Positions 62,500 through 64,000 of a DNA stretch of 64,000 bases are shown piece by piece (position 1 is the first letter of the stretch; each line of letters begins with the position of its first letter). A program made the position numbers and the translations under genes. Source of the DNA: Takakia lepidozioides (taxonomy: Eukaryota > Plantae > Bryophyta). The stretch spans positions 25,358,001-25,422,000 of the forward strand of contig CM060734.1 of the NCBI GenBank assembly GCA_030704615.1. Direction: 5' to 3'. Below the pieces are notes generated by a model. The model had not been told where the DNA came from, did no database searches, and saw nothing but the letters and a program-made list of their open reading frames with translations.

Positions 62500-62960
62500 G
62501 GGGGCTGATACCTCTTGTGTGAAGGGGTTGCATGTGTGGAGCATGGATTCAGCTCATTGAAGCTTCAATCTTCAAGCTTGGAGGGCAAGCAAGGAAGAGG
62601 GAAGGGCTGATTTCCTTTATGTGAGGGCAATGCATGTGTGGAGCATGCTTTCAGCCTGTTGAAGGCTTGTACTTTCAAGTTTGGGAGTGCAAGAAATGAA
62701 GGAAGGGGCTGGTTTCCCTGTAGGGCATGTGTGGAGCATGCTTTCAGTCTGCTGAAGCTTGTATTTTCAGGTTTGTGGGTGCAAGAAATGAAGCAAAAGA
62801 GCTGATTCTCTTATGGTGAGAGTGGGGCATGTGTGGAGCATGCCTTCAGCCCATTGAGGCTCTTGTTTTCAAGCTTTAGAGAGCTAGAACGGAAGGGCTA
62901 GGGCTGGTTTCCACTTGGGGTGAAATAAAAGCATATGTGAGTTGGGGTTTCAACTTCAAG
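62500..62960 (+). repeat. Degenerate ~100-120-bp repeats (GGGCTGATTTCC..GCATGTGTGGAGCATG..TTCAG) in a CpG-depleted LTR/UTR-like region
   Basis: GCATGTGTGGAGCATG at ~62530, 62632, 62725 and 62827. Confidence 0.75.
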
Positions 62961-63344
62961 CTTGAAGGGAGCACAACTCTTGAAGCAGCAGGTGCAGGGG
63001 CTGGATTAGGTGCGAAGGGCATGCTATGGTCAAGAAAAGCACGTGAATGAGTGCCTACAAGGGCTGGAAGTCAGCCATGTTTGGTTAGTCGCCATAGGGA
63101 TCAATGGTGCTGTTTTGTGAGTTAAAAGGAAGCTTGTGCACTTAGTTTCGGTTGCAAACATCTTCCTTTGGAATTAGAGCTACTATTGGTGGTGTGTGGG
63201 GGCCATAAAGAGCAGGAATACCTTGCTAATTTCCTCACAGTCACCATAGCTCAGTGCAAAGAAGCCTAGAGTCCAAGAGACACAGACCCTAGCTTGGCAT
63301 GGCTAAACCCCTTGGAGAAATGGCTAAACTGCCATGAGTGGCCA

Positions 63345-63830
63345 TGGATGGGGCTGTGACGGGCTGTGACAGGCTGTGGCCTTTGGGGCTATGACCCCTG
63401 TGACCTGTGTAGGGCTGTGATGGGCTGTGGCAGGCTATGGCCTTTGGGGCTGTGACCCCTGTGACCTGTGTAGGGCTGTGACAGGCTGTGAGGGGCTATG
63501 AGGGGCTGCGACAGGTTGTGGCCTTTGGGGCTGTGACCCCTGTGACCTGTGTAGGGCTGTGACAAGCTGTGATGGGCTATGGCGGGCTGTGACAGGCTGT
63601 GCCCTGTGGCCTGTGGGGCTGTGATGGGCTGTGACGGGCTGTGGCGGGCTGTGGCCTGTGGGGCTGTGAGGGGCTGTGACCCTGTGACCTGTGTAGGGCT
63701 GTGACAAGCTGTGACGGGCTGTGGCCTTTGGGGCTGTGACCCCTCTGACCTGTGTAGGGCTGTGACAGGCTGTGCCTTGGCCTTTGGGGTTGTGACGGCT
63801 GTGACCAGTGATCTGTGTGGGCTTGAGCTG
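63345..63830 (+). repeat. Minisatellite of a GGGCTGTGAC-like 10-mer with a ~60-bp higher-order unit
   Basis: Directly visible; GGCCTTTGGGGCTGTGACCCCTGTGACCTGTGTAGGGCTGTGA recurs. Confidence 0.95.
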
Positions 63831-64000
63831 GTCTGTGGTGGCCCGTGTTGACCTGTGGACGGCCTGTGCTAACTCGTGGAGGCACTGGTGAATTGCGTAA
63901 GGACTGGCATGTGGTCTTGAAGGCCGAATTTTGAAGCTCGTGGAGGGCGGTTTGAGGAGTATCTTCATGATATTCCCATGGTCATGCAAGTGAGGGAAGA

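Noticed and set aside
63435-63989. Repeat-protein CDS
   Set aside because: The ORF is the translation of a 10-bp minisatellite.

Overview
This is a repeat-saturated eukaryotic window, most likely from a non-seed land plant such as a bryophyte, lycophyte or fern. That assignment is an inference from the plant F-box/kelch and TNP fragments, a tRNA-iMet PBS, GT-AG introns and many TGG>TAG/TGA-type stops. I found no intact host gene. The window holds nested, decayed Ty3/Gypsy elements (non-chromovirus and chromovirus), an L1-type LINE fragment, a SINE, a MITE, a non-autonomous CACTA element and a Helentron-type helicase-endonuclease fragment. Main finding: two diverged members of a Mutator-like (MULE) family whose transposase has a GCM-like Zn-finger + DDE (+ SWIM) architecture, at ~9.5-14.3 kb and ~49.6-59.8 kb. 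Each carries a homologous ~200-aa accessory ORF of unknown function and has its own array of palindromic motifs. The second also carries a spliced ParB/Srx-like (DGNHR) gene. Together this is a candidate 'cargo protein + cognate DNA motif' transposon system. Second finding: two inverted 3.3-3.6 kb LTRs, each carrying a captured F-box/kelch fragment, whose swapped TSD/PBS flanks record an ~8.5 kb inversion. All domain calls come from motif recognition by eye, not database searches.
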